31,238 nucleotides of DNA from Candidatus Wolframiiraptor sinensis (GTDB lineage Archaea; Thermoproteota; Nitrososphaeria_A; Caldarchaeales; Wolframiiraptoraceae): the NCBI GenBank assembly GCA_023261815.1, contig JALNKA010000012.1:1-31238 (forward strand), in the 5' to 3' direction. Every line of letters begins with the position of its first letter. Positions within the stretch are counted from its first letter, which is position 1. The position numbers and the translations under genes were made by a program. Of this stretch, positions 1 through 8,559 are shown one piece after another. The notes beneath the pieces are model-generated. The model did no database searches, was not told where the DNA came from, and saw only the letters and a program-made list of their open reading frames with translations.

Positions 1-2
1 TC

Positions 3-167
3 ACGGACACAAAGAAAACAGCTCACGCGCCCACACCCCCATACGCTATAATAGTCAAGCCGAGACGGAATCTGGAGATAAAGTATCCATGCGAGGTCAG
101 GATGGAGGATGGAGCGATAATAGTGATAGACAGGGAGAGGGCTGAGAAAGTGGCTGAGGAGAGGTGA
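3..167 (+). CDS. 3' end of a hypothetical protein running in from the window edge
   Basis: Open frame from base 3 (TDTKKTAHAP...DRERAEKVAEER) to TGA at 165-167, with purine-rich coding-like codon use. No family recognised. Confidence 0.45.
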   Translation, partial: TDTKKTAHAPTPPYAIIVKPRRNLEIKYPCEVRMEDGAIIVIDRERAEKVAEER

Positions 168-440
168 TGCTGAGCGATCTAATACTACTGCTGGTAGAGG
201 CGCCAGAACGATCTGGCGGTCTGCGAGGAGTCATAGGCGAGCGAATCATCGCGAGCGCACGATAATAGGCGAGGGGAGATTTGCGAGAAGATCAAGCACC
301 TCATTATAAGGCTTCAGAAAATAAAATATCCGTACGGATGGAAAGAAGAGATCCGGAAAATAGCGTCCCGAGAAGGGCTTAGAAGCAGGGAATGAGGATC
401 TAAAGTTAGCATTTTAAACGGGCCTGACATTCCTATAAAC

Positions 441-522
441 GCCCCACCGCTGCGTTTGGCTCCTCGGAGAAGGGCGCCGAGCCCCGGCCATGATGGGGAG
501 TTGTCGGCGGTGGGGCACAATC
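441..522 (+). ncRNA. Candidate single-hairpin H/ACA box guide sRNA
   Basis: Basal stem GCCCCACCGC 441-450 pairs with GCGGTGGGGC 507-516 and is followed directly by ACA (517-519). Upper stem GGCTCCTC pairs with GGGGAGTT, ending 14 nt before the ACA. K-turn-like GGA-GA.../UGA. TATA-like TTTTAAA at 412-418. Confidence 0.6.
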
Positions 523-524
523 GC

Positions 525-1343
525 CTAGCCCGCGAGCAGGATTATCGCCATCATGATCAGCACGGAGGAGAACATTTTTCTCAAGGCCGGTGAGCTAGTT
601 CTCCGGGCGGCAGATGTGCCGAGCTGAGCTCCAGCAATTATTCCGGGCGCGAGCGCGAGTAATTCGATCAGCTTGACGTGGCCTAGGAGGATGTGGCCTA
701 TAGCCCCTGATAGTGCAGTGAGCGTTATCATGAGCGTAGAAGTCGCGATTGCCACGTGCATAGGCACGCCGATATGATACATCAACGGGACATTCACGCC
801 GCCGCCTCCCACACCGAAGAAGCCTGAAATTACTCCGGCAAGGAAGCTCGCCGGAAGAAGCTTCAACAAATCAACCGAGTACGCAAAAACCTCACCGCGC
901 GAATCTCTAAGAACCCTCTTCCAACAAGTTTCCCCATGATCTCTCTTGAAGACTTCTTCATCGGCCGGCGAGCTTCTTCTGAAGATGATTGAGAGCGCTA
1001 AGGCGATGAGGAAGATCGAGAATAGAATCCTAAGCGAGCTAGGCGCGGCGAGCCCCGTCAGAGTCGCTCCAAGAAATGATCCGGGCATCGCTGTGGTCTC
1101 GGCGACCAGCGCGAGCCTCCAATCGAGCCTGCCCTGCCGGTGATAGGCGAGGGCTGATGCGGCTCCTGCGAAGACTATGGCGGCCATGCTGGTTCCAATT
1201 GCGTGGTGGGCATCGAACCCGGCTAAGATCATGAGAGCGGGAACGGTGATGATGCCGCCGCCTAGGCCGAGCATGGCGCCGAGAGATCCCGCAAACAGTC
1301 CTAGGAGGATGATCATGGGCAGGTGGATGAGCGGCTCGAGCAA
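525..1343 (-). CDS. TauE/SafE (TSUP) family sulfite exporter membrane protein
   Basis: Two repeats of the GxGGG motif (GLGGGIITVP, GVGGGGVNVP), AIGTS/AIATS motifs and about 8 TM helices. Confidence 0.88.
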   Translation of the reverse strand: MLEPLIHLPMIILLGLFAGSLGAMLGLGGGIITVPALMILAGFDAHHAIGTSMAAIVFAGAASALAYHRQGRLDWRLALVAETTAMPGSFLGATLTGLAAPSSLRILFSIFLIALALSIIFRRSSPADEEVFKRDHGETCWKRVLRDSRGEVFAYSVDLLKLLPASFLAGVISGFFGVGGGGVNVPLMYHIGVPMHVAIATSTLMITLTALSGAIGHILLGHVKLIELLALAPGIIAGAQLGTSAARRTSSPALRKMFSSVLIMMAIILLAG

Positions 1344-1376
1344 CGCGCTTAATCCGGTTAGAGCGGCTCTAAAGGC

Positions 1377-2242
1377 TTATCGCGTAATCTCTTGGGACCT
1401 GACGATCTCATACAGCTCTCTCGCCCGCTTATCCTTCTCGAAGTGCTCTCTAACGGGCTCTATGAGCTGATTCAGCGCCTCCGCGACGCCTTCCTTCAGG
1501 TCCGCCGGGTGAAGCCTGCCCTCGACATAATCCCTCTCGAGCTCCTCGTATGAGGAATATTCGACCGGGCCTCCATACTTGCTGGGCCTATCGATGCGAA
1601 GGCTCCCGAGCTTCCTGAAGATTATGTACTTGGCGTACTCCAGTATGGGGTTGTTCTCCGAGGTCTTCGGAGGGCAGTAAGCTCTCTTAATCTTCTCTCT
1701 TATCGTGTTCTCGTCGTCGTGGATGAAGATGCTGGTTTCCGGTATACTCTTGCTCATCTTAGAGGCTATCTGGAGATTCATCCTCGGGTCGTCCTCGAAT
1801 CCCTTGAGCTCCGATGGCCCTTGAAGCCCCATCAGCATGTGATGGTGGACGGCGACGGGCTTCCTGAATCCCAGCTTGGGAGCCAGCTCCCTCGCGAGAA
1901 TATTCGCCCTCCTCTGATCGAGGCCCAGCTGGCATATATCGATGCCCATGTAGAATATGTCTGAGACCTGCATCGCGGGGTAGATTATCTGGGCCGCCTC
2001 CTCGAGCTCCCCGGCAACCCTCCCCATTATCGGGAGAGCCCTCAATATCCGCCTTATCGTGACGCTTTTAGCCACTTTTATCACGAGCTTCCAGTAATCT
2101 GGATCCGCCGCCAAGTCGCCGCCCAGACAACCTCAACCCTGCTCAAATCGACTCCAGCAGCTTTCCAGACCTCGAGAAGATACTCCCCAACCTTTCTTAT
2201 CTTCTCCAGATCCCCTCCCATCTTATTGTTTATCATTGCGTG
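1377..2242 (-). pseudogene. tyrS: 3' part of the resident tyrosyl-tRNA synthetase gene (5'-truncated, frameshift at ~2119)
   Basis: 2242-2120 translates HAMINNKMGGDLEKIRKVGEYLLEVWKAAGVDLSRVEVVWA. One base is missing before DLAADPDYW. The frame then contains YPAMQVSDI, GLDQR, KMSKS, AYCP, RPSKYGG and LHPADLK. The HIGH-motif region is absent. Confidence 0.88.
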
Positions 2243-2252
2243 TCACCGGTTG

Positions 2253-2264
2253 TATTTATAAATA
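2253..2264. promoter_or_regulatory. Palindromic TATA box, potentially bidirectional
   Basis: TATTTATAAATA is a perfect 12-bp palindrome, about 30 nt upstream of the tyrS ATG at 2293 (+) and about 20-35 nt upstream of in-frame ATGs at 2236 and 2221 (-). Confidence 0.6.
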
Positions 2265-2292
2265 AGGGAGAGAAGTTGAGGTAAGGGGAAAT

Positions 2293-3252
2293 ATGGAGGC
2301 CTTAAATGAGGAAAATGCGAGATTGCTATCATTACTCAAGAAAACTTCGGTTGAAATATTAACCGAGGAGGAATTGATCTCACTTATTAAAAGTGGAAAT
2401 ATAACGGCGTATATCGGATACGAGCCAAGCAATGTCCTTCACATAGGATCCTTGGTGGCATGCTCACCATTACTACTTTTGGCTAAACATGGATTCAGGG
2501 GCAAGATTCTCCTCGCCGATGTTCATGCTTGGCTGAATGGCAAAGGGGAGTTAGAAGAATTAAGAGAGCTGGCAGTAGAGAATGAGCGCATATTAAGGAG
2601 GGTGATCAACGCGTTCGGAGTTCCCGCTTCCCGTATCGAGTTCGTATATGGATCTGATTACCAGTTTTCCGAGGATTATGTGAAGTCTTTACTCAAGTTA
2701 TCTCGCCTTATAACGGCGAGTAAAGCTAGAAAAGCTATGGATATGATAAGTAGGAGGGAAATGGCGCATAAAATCTCTTCTGAAATTTACAGCTTAATGC
2801 AATGCTTGGATATAATGTTTCTGGGAGTGAATGTTGCTATAGGCGGCAGAGATCAAAGAAGAATTCATGTGCTGGCGAGAGAGTATTTGACCAGGCTGGA
2901 CTATATTAAGCCAGTAGCAATTCATACTCCAATTATTCTCGGCATTGATGGTAAAGAGAAGATGTCAAAAAGCCTTAATAACGCCATCTTCTTAAATGAT
3001 CCACCCGAGCAAATAGAGTACAAGGTGAGAATGGCATATTGTCCTGAAGGAGCTCTGGAGGCAAACATGGTATTCGACATCTTACAGTACCTGATACTCG
3101 TGTGGATGGGGAAGATCGAAATAAATGGAGTCCCATTTGATGATGCCTCGACAATTTTTAGGTATTGGGTCGATAAAAGGATAAGCGCGAAAGAGCTAAA
3201 GAAATCTGTATCCGAGGCATTAATACAACTCCTTAAGAAAATTCAAGGATAG
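2293..3252 (+). CDS. tyrS: Tyrosyl-tRNA synthetase, short archaeal type, probably xenologous
   Basis: Motifs AYIGYEPS, HIGS (HIGH), LLADVHAWLN, YSLMQCLDI, GGRDQRRIH, KMSKS and AYCP. Collinear by eye with M. jannaschii-type TyrRS. Confidence 0.92.
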   Translation: MEALNEENARLLSLLKKTSVEILTEEELISLIKSGNITAYIGYEPSNVLHIGSLVACSPLLLLAKHGFRGKILLADVHAWLNGKGELEELRELAVENERILRRVINAFGVPASRIEFVYGSDYQFSEDYVKSLLKLSRLITASKARKAMDMISRREMAHKISSEIYSLMQCLDIMFLGVNVAIGGRDQRRIHVLAREYLTRLDYIKPVAIHTPIILGIDGKEKMSKSLNNAIFLNDPPEQIEYKVRMAYCPEGALEANMVFDILQYLILVWMGKIEINGVPFDDASTIFRYWVDKRISAKELKKSVSEALIQLLKKIQG

Positions 3253-3287
3253 AGGAAAAAGAGAGTAGAGGAAAGGGGGTTTATTCA

Positions 3288-4230
3288 TTAACAGATCTTC
3301 TTAAACTTGCTGGCAGCTATCAGCATATGAAGCTGCTCCTGCTCTCGCCTTATTCTGAATCCTACAAGCTTGCTGAATCTAATGATACAGCAACGGCGTA
3401 TTCTAACGGTATACGTCTTACCTGACTTTGGCTTGTATATTTTCCCGGTCTGTGGACTTATGAACTCTTTTGCGTTCTTGAATCCTCCGATTGTGTAGTG
3501 GATGCCTAAGAGGTCGAGTAGATAAGCCATTAGTCTCACGATGTCTTGATTTGCGGAAGCCCCTCTGGGAGCATCGTATTTATAACTATTTAGATTGAAG
3601 CTTCCTGGAGACCCCTCGGCATCAAACCATCCTGTTAGGGCGCCTCTCGCAATTTCCTTGTTGATAGTTAAGACCGGCAATAGCCTGAGTGGTTGCACCT
3701 TTCCCACCTTGATTAACTCCGTGACCACAACGTTACTATATGCCACTTGCCATCCTCTTTTTCCTCCACTTCCATGCCGGTATACCCAATCTTTCTGCGC
3801 TCTTAACTATCGCGTCCGCAAAATCTTCATCTTTCAGCCAGGCATATTGTGTTGATCTCCCCTTAGGATCTGCTGATCCGTCGCCGATTCCGGAACCGAG
3901 TAGATAGCCGAGGTCATAGGTGGGCGGCGGGATCTTGTAACTCGTAAATGGCGATGTGCCTTTCTTGAACCAGAAGTAGATCGTTGACTTTTCTATACCA
4001 AGAAACCTCGCTATCTCGAATATTCCAAGCTCCTCATTTAATAGTCTCATGAATTTGCGATACAATACTGCCTGTCGGTAAATCGATCTATAATGACGAA
4101 GCCGTTTAGGATCACCGTATTTAGAAGTAATAACTTCTTCTACAGCATCAGCAATGCTCAATAAATCATCTTCGTCAAGCTCCCTAAATAGCTCTGGCTC
4201 CTCAATTATGAGAACATCTTTTCTTGTCAC
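3288..4230 (-). pseudogene. Free-standing double-motif LAGLIDADG homing endonuclease with N-terminal HTH, split by a frameshift at ~3760
   Basis: ORF 3736-4260 has an HTH (IFEIARFLGIEKSTIYFW) and motif 1 LGYLLGSGIGDGS. ORF 3288-3746 has motif 2 ALTGWFDAEGS. Removing one A from an A5 run fuses them (WRKRGWQVAYSN). GTG at 4230 is preceded by GGAGGTGG. No intein splicing motifs. Confidence 0.8.
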
Positions 4231-4289
4231 TATCCTTCCACCTCCAGCTCCTAGAACCACCAGCTGACCCCCTTATCCATCAGCTGATA

Positions 4290-4343
4290 GACCTCCTCGG
4301 TCGGCGGCCGCAATATGAGCTCCATCCTCGTCTCCACGTCCAT
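4290..4343 (-). pseudogene. tyrS: 5' fragment (first 18 codons) of the resident tyrS
   Basis: MDVETRMELILRPPTEEV is a typical N-terminus of crenarchaeal/Thermococcales-type TyrRS. Similarity stops at 4290 and the frame stops at 4251. Confidence 0.8.
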
Positions 4344-4674
4344 TTTAGCCCCCAGTAACCTGGCTGAAAGCCTAGAGAAAAACATGCTCTTCGGGGAGCT
4401 CGCTGGGCGGGTGGCCCGTCTCCGGCCCCCGAGGGCCATCATGGCCAAAAAGCCGGGCGCTCCCGAGAAAAAGAACTTCTCGACCATTTTTCGACGAGAA
4501 CAGCGTGCTCCAAGCCATTATCCGGTTTTCTCATCTAGGAGCATTTCTTCATGCTGGAGATCTTTAATCCGCGCTCACCAGTTTTTCTCAAGCGTTGATA
4601 GGCTTGTCCTAGGCGCTACCTCAACCCTTAAATCACTCGTGTGCGGTGGGATCGTAATTGGGGAGTATAGAAAA

Positions 4675-7362
4675 TTGAAGGATAACTCGAGAAAATTAGA
4701 GTTCCCGGTTAAGAAGGTCATCAAACGAGATGGCAGAGTAGTCGACTTCGATCCCACGAGGATACGCGAGGCAATTAGGAAGGCGATGGTTCACGTCAAC
4801 CGCTACGATGAGGAGAGCTTGAACAAGGTCGTCGAATATGTCCTGAATATAATATCGGAGAAGTATGGAGCGGAGAGGACGCCGCACGTGGAGGAGATTC
4901 AGGATATAGTCGAGCTGAGCCTCGTGAAGTTCGACCTCTATGAGGTCGCGAAGGCCTACATCATCTACCGGAAGGAGAGGGAGAGGATCAGGGAGGAGAA
5001 GAAGAGGATCCTCGAGAAAGATTACGTCGATGAAGTCGATAAGGCTTTCAGTCTCAACGCGCTCCGCCTCATGGCCAGCAGATACCTTCTGAGGGATGAG
5101 AACGGCAAGCTTAGGGAGACCCCCAAACAGATGTTCCAGAGAGTCGCGGCCCTAATAGTCATCCCCGACATCCTTCACGATCCCCGAATCTTCGATAAGG
5201 ACTTCGGGCAGAAGGAACATCCGCGCGAGGAGTTCAACCCGATCGAGTATGAGGGGAGGCTCGGCCTAGGCAGGAGGCCCGATGGATCATTCGAGATAAC
5301 ATGGAATAGATGGCACCTCGAGCGGATGAAATATCTCTATGATGAGCTGAATCGAGAGCGGGCGATGAGGATTTCTTGGAGCGAGTTCCTGCGAATGCTC
5401 GAGGCGGGCGAGTTCGACGGCTACTACAAGAACTTCCTCCAATATTATCAGCTGATGGTGAGCAAGAGGTTCATGCCGAATAGCCCGACGCTCTTCAACG
5501 CCGGCACGAGGCTGGGCCAGCTCAGCGCATGCTTCGTCCTCCACATAGACGATAACCTCGAATCCATAATGGATGCGGCTAAGCACGCGGCCCTAATATT
5601 CAAGTCGGGTGGTGGAGTGGGGATAAACTACTCCAGGCTCAGGCCCGAGGGCGACATCGTCTTCTCGACGTTCGGCGTGGCCTCGGGCCCCGTCTCATTC
5701 ATGAGAATAATAGACACGGTTACGGAGGTGGTTAAGCAGGGAGGCAAGAGACGCGGAGCTAACATGGGGATTCTCGAGATATGGCACCCGGATATCGAGA
5801 CCTTCATAAAGGCTAAGGAAAGGGAGGGCTTTCTCGAGAACTTCAACATATCCGTGCTGATCACGCCTGACTTCTGGGAATACTATGAGCAGGGCAAGCC
5901 CTATCCACTGAGAAACCCGAGAGATGGTAAAGTCTGGAGGACAATAGATCCCGCGAGACTCCTCAGAACTATCGCGGAGATGGCTTGGAAAACCGGCGAC
6001 CCTGGCGTCCTATTCCAAGACAACATGAACAATCATAACATATTCTTGGAGAAGCTCGGGCCGATAAGATCGACGAACCCGTGCGGCGAGCAGCCCCTCT
6101 ACCCCTTCGAATCCTGCAACCTCGGAAGCATAAACGTGCACGCCTTCGTCAGGAATGGCGAGTCTGGCCCATACCTGGACTGGGAGGGCCTCGCGGAGAC
6201 CGTCAAGCTCGCCGTCAGATTCCTGGATAACGTCATCGACGTGAACAAGTATCCGCTGAAGCAGATAGAGTATAGGACGAAGAGATCTAGGAGGATAGGC
6301 CTCGGGGTCATGGGCGTCGCCGACGCACTATTCGCCCTGAAGATACCATATAACAGCGAAGAGGGCTTCCGTTTCATGAGCAGGCTCGCGGAATTCATAG
6401 CGTATCACGCTTATCTTGCGAGCGTGGAGCTGGCCAAGGAGCGCGGCCCATTCCCAACCTACTGGGACTCGGCATATCCGAGGGGAGAACTCCCGATCGA
6501 GGGATTCTATCACCCGGAGGAGTGGACGCTAAACTGGAATAAGCTCGTTGAGGAGATAAAGAAGCACGGGATCAGGAATAGCCACGTGACAACAGTCGCC
6601 CCCACCGGAAGCATCTCCATGCTCGTCGACGTCTCATCTGGGCTGGAGCCCCAATTCGCCCTAGTATACGAGAAACGAGTGACTGTTGGAACATTCTATT
6701 ACGTTGACATAGAATTCGAGAGGCAGTTGAAGGAGCGCGGGCTGCTGAATGACGCGATATTGAAGAAGGTCGCCGAGAATGGTGGATCGGTTCAGGGCCT
6801 GGATGAGATACCCGAGGACATGAGGCGAGTCTTCCTCGTCGCCTACGACATACCATGGTGGGATCACGTGAGAGCTCAATACGAGTTCCAGAAGTGGGTG
6901 GATGCCTCAGTCAGCAAGACGATAAACATGCCTGCATGGATCACGGTCGATGACGTATTGAAGGCATACCTCTTCGCGTACAAGCTCGGGCTAAAGGGCG
7001 TAACAATCTACAGGGATACGTCGAAGTCGGCGCAGGTTCTCGTCACACCATCGCAGAGGCTATCGAGGTATATTTCCCTAACTCCCAACAAGACTCTCGA
7101 GATCATGAAATCCCTCGGGATCGAGCCTCCCATAATCGGTGTCCAAGAAACCGAGGATGTCGAGCGGAAGAAGAGGATACTCCAAGTGACGTATGCGGGC
7201 GGAGAGCACGTGGAGGTGGAGGCCGAGAAGACGGGCGGCGGAAAACAAATTAAGAAAGAGCCCTATGAGAGGTGTCCGGAGTGCGGCAGCCTGAACCTCA
7301 TCTATCAAGAGGGCTGCGTCAGGTGCATGGACTGTGGATGGACCAGCTGCCTAGTCACCTAG
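4675..7362 (+). CDS. nrdJ: Class II (adenosylcobalamin-dependent) ribonucleotide reductase with ATP-cone and C-terminal Zn ribbon
   Basis: ATP cone VIKRDG; motifs PNSPTLFNAG, LSACFV, NPCGEQPL, CNLGSIN and APTGSIS; C-terminal CPECG...C. Start moved to TTG 4675 (GGGGAG upstream, TATA-like CTTAAAT at ~4627). No intein. Confidence 0.93.
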   Translation: MKDNSRKLEFPVKKVIKRDGRVVDFDPTRIREAIRKAMVHVNRYDEESLNKVVEYVLNIISEKYGAERTPHVEEIQDIVELSLVKFDLYEVAKAYIIYRKERERIREEKKRILEKDYVDEVDKAFSLNALRLMASRYLLRDENGKLRETPKQMFQRVAALIVIPDILHDPRIFDKDFGQKEHPREEFNPIEYEGRLGLGRRPDGSFEITWNRWHLERMKYLYDELNRERAMRISWSEFLRMLEAGEFDGYYKNFLQYYQLMVSKRFMPNSPTLFNAGTRLGQLSACFVLHIDDNLESIMDAAKHAALIFKSGGGVGINYSRLRPEGDIVFSTFGVASGPVSFMRIIDTVTEVVKQGGKRRGANMGILEIWHPDIETFIKAKEREGFLENFNISVLITPDFWEYYEQGKPYPLRNPRDGKVWRTIDPARLLRTIAEMAWKTGDPGVLFQDNMNNHNIFLEKLGPIRSTNPCGEQPLYPFESCNLGSINVHAFVRNGESGPYLDWEGLAETVKLAVRFLDNVIDVNKYPLKQIEYRTKRSRRIGLGVMGVADALFALKIPYNSEEGFRFMSRLAEFIAYHAYLASVELAKERGPFPTYWDSAYPRGELPIEGFYHPEEWTLNWNKLVEEIKKHGIRNSHVTTVAPTGSISMLVDVSSGLEPQFALVYEKRVTVGTFYYVDIEFERQLKERGLLNDAILKKVAENGGSVQGLDEIPEDMRRVFLVAYDIPWWDHVRAQYEFQKWVDASVSKTINMPAWITVDDVLKAYLFAYKLGLKGVTIYRDTSKSAQVLVTPSQRLSRYISLTPNKTLEIMKSLGIEPPIIGVQETEDVERKKRILQVTYAGGEHVEVEAEKTGGGKQIKKEPYERCPECGSLNLIYQEGCVRCMDCGWTSCLVT

Positions 7363-7426
7363 AATTTGAAGTAAACTTCGTAATCGCTAATAAGTGGGGA
7401 CGGAGAAGTCAGGTCGAGAAGAACGC

Positions 7427-8518
7427 ATGAGCCAGCAGATCTATGCGTCGGATAAGATAAAGCAGGCGGTAATGGAGCGCCTCAAGAAGCTTGGAGAGCG
7501 CGTGGTATCCGACCTCGAGAGGGGGGCCTTCCCGAAGCTCGAGATCCCGGCGAGGACAACGTCGAATATCGTGTATGATGAGAGGCTGAGGCAGTACGTG
7601 CTCGGTGACAAGAGGATGGAGAGGACGGCGAGAAATGTTAGACACTTGAGGCCATTCGCCCAGCTCCTCTGGATAGCGACATTTGCTAAGCAGCTAATCC
7701 AGCGCGGGAAAACCTCGACTCTCAGGGATACCTACTACGTGGCTATAGGCGAGGGAATAGACTTCGAGGATCAGAACGAGAGCGATGAGCTGATAATGCA
7801 GCTCGAGTCGATCCTAGATTTCCCGAGAGAGGACTTCAACATATTCCCGGAGGAAAGAGCATCCATATACGGCGACCTCGTGATAGAGTACACGGTGCCG
7901 GGATTTCGAGGGAAGAGGATAGATCTCTCAGCGCACCCGGATGGCTTCGCCATAGGCCCGGCGCTGACGACGGCGGAGTTCGTCAAGTGCGGGGCCGAGC
8001 AGGTCTTCGTGATAGAGAAGGGCGCGGTCTTCGCGAGGTTCGTCGAGGAGGGAGCGGACAAGAAGTATAAGGCGATACTAATACACACTGCGGGACAGTC
8101 GCCGAGAAATTGCAGGAAGCTTATCAGGCGGCTGCATGACGAGCTGAATCTGCCCATATACGTCTTCACGGATGCTGATCCATGGGGAGTTCACATCGCC
8201 AGCGTCCTGATACACGGCTCGGCACTCAGCGCTCATATAAAGGAGATAAACGTGCCCGACGCTGTCTGGGCGGGAGTCTGGCCCAGCGACATAAGAAGAT
8301 ACAAGCTTCCATCCATGAAGCTATCTGACCGCGATATGAAGCGGATCCAGGAGCTAGAGTCCGATCCAAGATACCAGAAGGATCCATGGAAAAGGGAGAT
8401 AAAGGAGTTCTGGAAGATAAAGAGGAAGGCGGAACTCGAGGCCTTCAGCAGGTATGGTCTGGAATTCATAGTTGAGGAGTTCCTTCCGGAGAGATTAGCT
8501 GAGCTCCAGAAGCGCTGA
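7427..8518 (+). CDS. top6A: DNA topoisomerase VI subunit A (Spo11-like)
   Basis: Catalytic Tyr motif TLRDTYY, TOPRIM motifs VIEK and FTDADPWG, and KAELEA. The start could be 7394 or 7427. Confidence 0.93.
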   Translation: MSQQIYASDKIKQAVMERLKKLGERVVSDLERGAFPKLEIPARTTSNIVYDERLRQYVLGDKRMERTARNVRHLRPFAQLLWIATFAKQLIQRGKTSTLRDTYYVAIGEGIDFEDQNESDELIMQLESILDFPREDFNIFPEERASIYGDLVIEYTVPGFRGKRIDLSAHPDGFAIGPALTTAEFVKCGAEQVFVIEKGAVFARFVEEGADKKYKAILIHTAGQSPRNCRKLIRRLHDELNLPIYVFTDADPWGVHIASVLIHGSALSAHIKEINVPDAVWAGVWPSDIRRYKLPSMKLSDRDMKRIQELESDPRYQKDPWKREIKEFWKIKRKAELEAFSRYGLEFIVEEFLPERLAELQKR

Positions 8519-8559
8519 TAACATGCTATTATACCGATCTCAGGGCCCCGAGATGAGAA

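Larger units (their letters stand above)
2243..4289. mobile_element. Insertion cassette inside tyrS: replacement TyrRS plus LAGLIDADG endonuclease
   Basis: Bounded on both sides by collinear tyrS fragments and visibly AT-richer than the flanks. Encodes a LAGLIDADG protein. No target-site duplication seen; about 55 codons of host tyrS are deleted. Confidence 0.75.

Noticed and set aside
167-395. Short or broken coding-like frames after the first gene
   Set aside because: This may be a decayed gene, but no family is recognisable and the frames are too short to support a call.
3288-4289. Intein or spliceable intron explanation for the tyrS interruption
   Set aside because: There are no intein N/C-terminal motifs, the insert is not in frame with the exteins, and no BHB is visible at the junctions. 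Splicing could not restore the ~55 deleted codons anyway.
2241-4289. Terminal inverted repeats for the cassette (TGTCACCGGTTG vs TATCAGCTGATG)
   Set aside because: Only 8 of 12 positions match, and there is no transposase or target-site duplication.
4315-4674. 120-aa N-terminal extension of the 1015-aa RNR ORF
   Set aside because: It overlaps the tyrS 5' fragment on the opposite strand and has no domain. SD and TATA support a start at 4675.
5150-5430. Insertion-like segment in the RNR
   Set aside because: It has no intein motifs and resembles the extra segment I recall in other archaeal class II RNRs.
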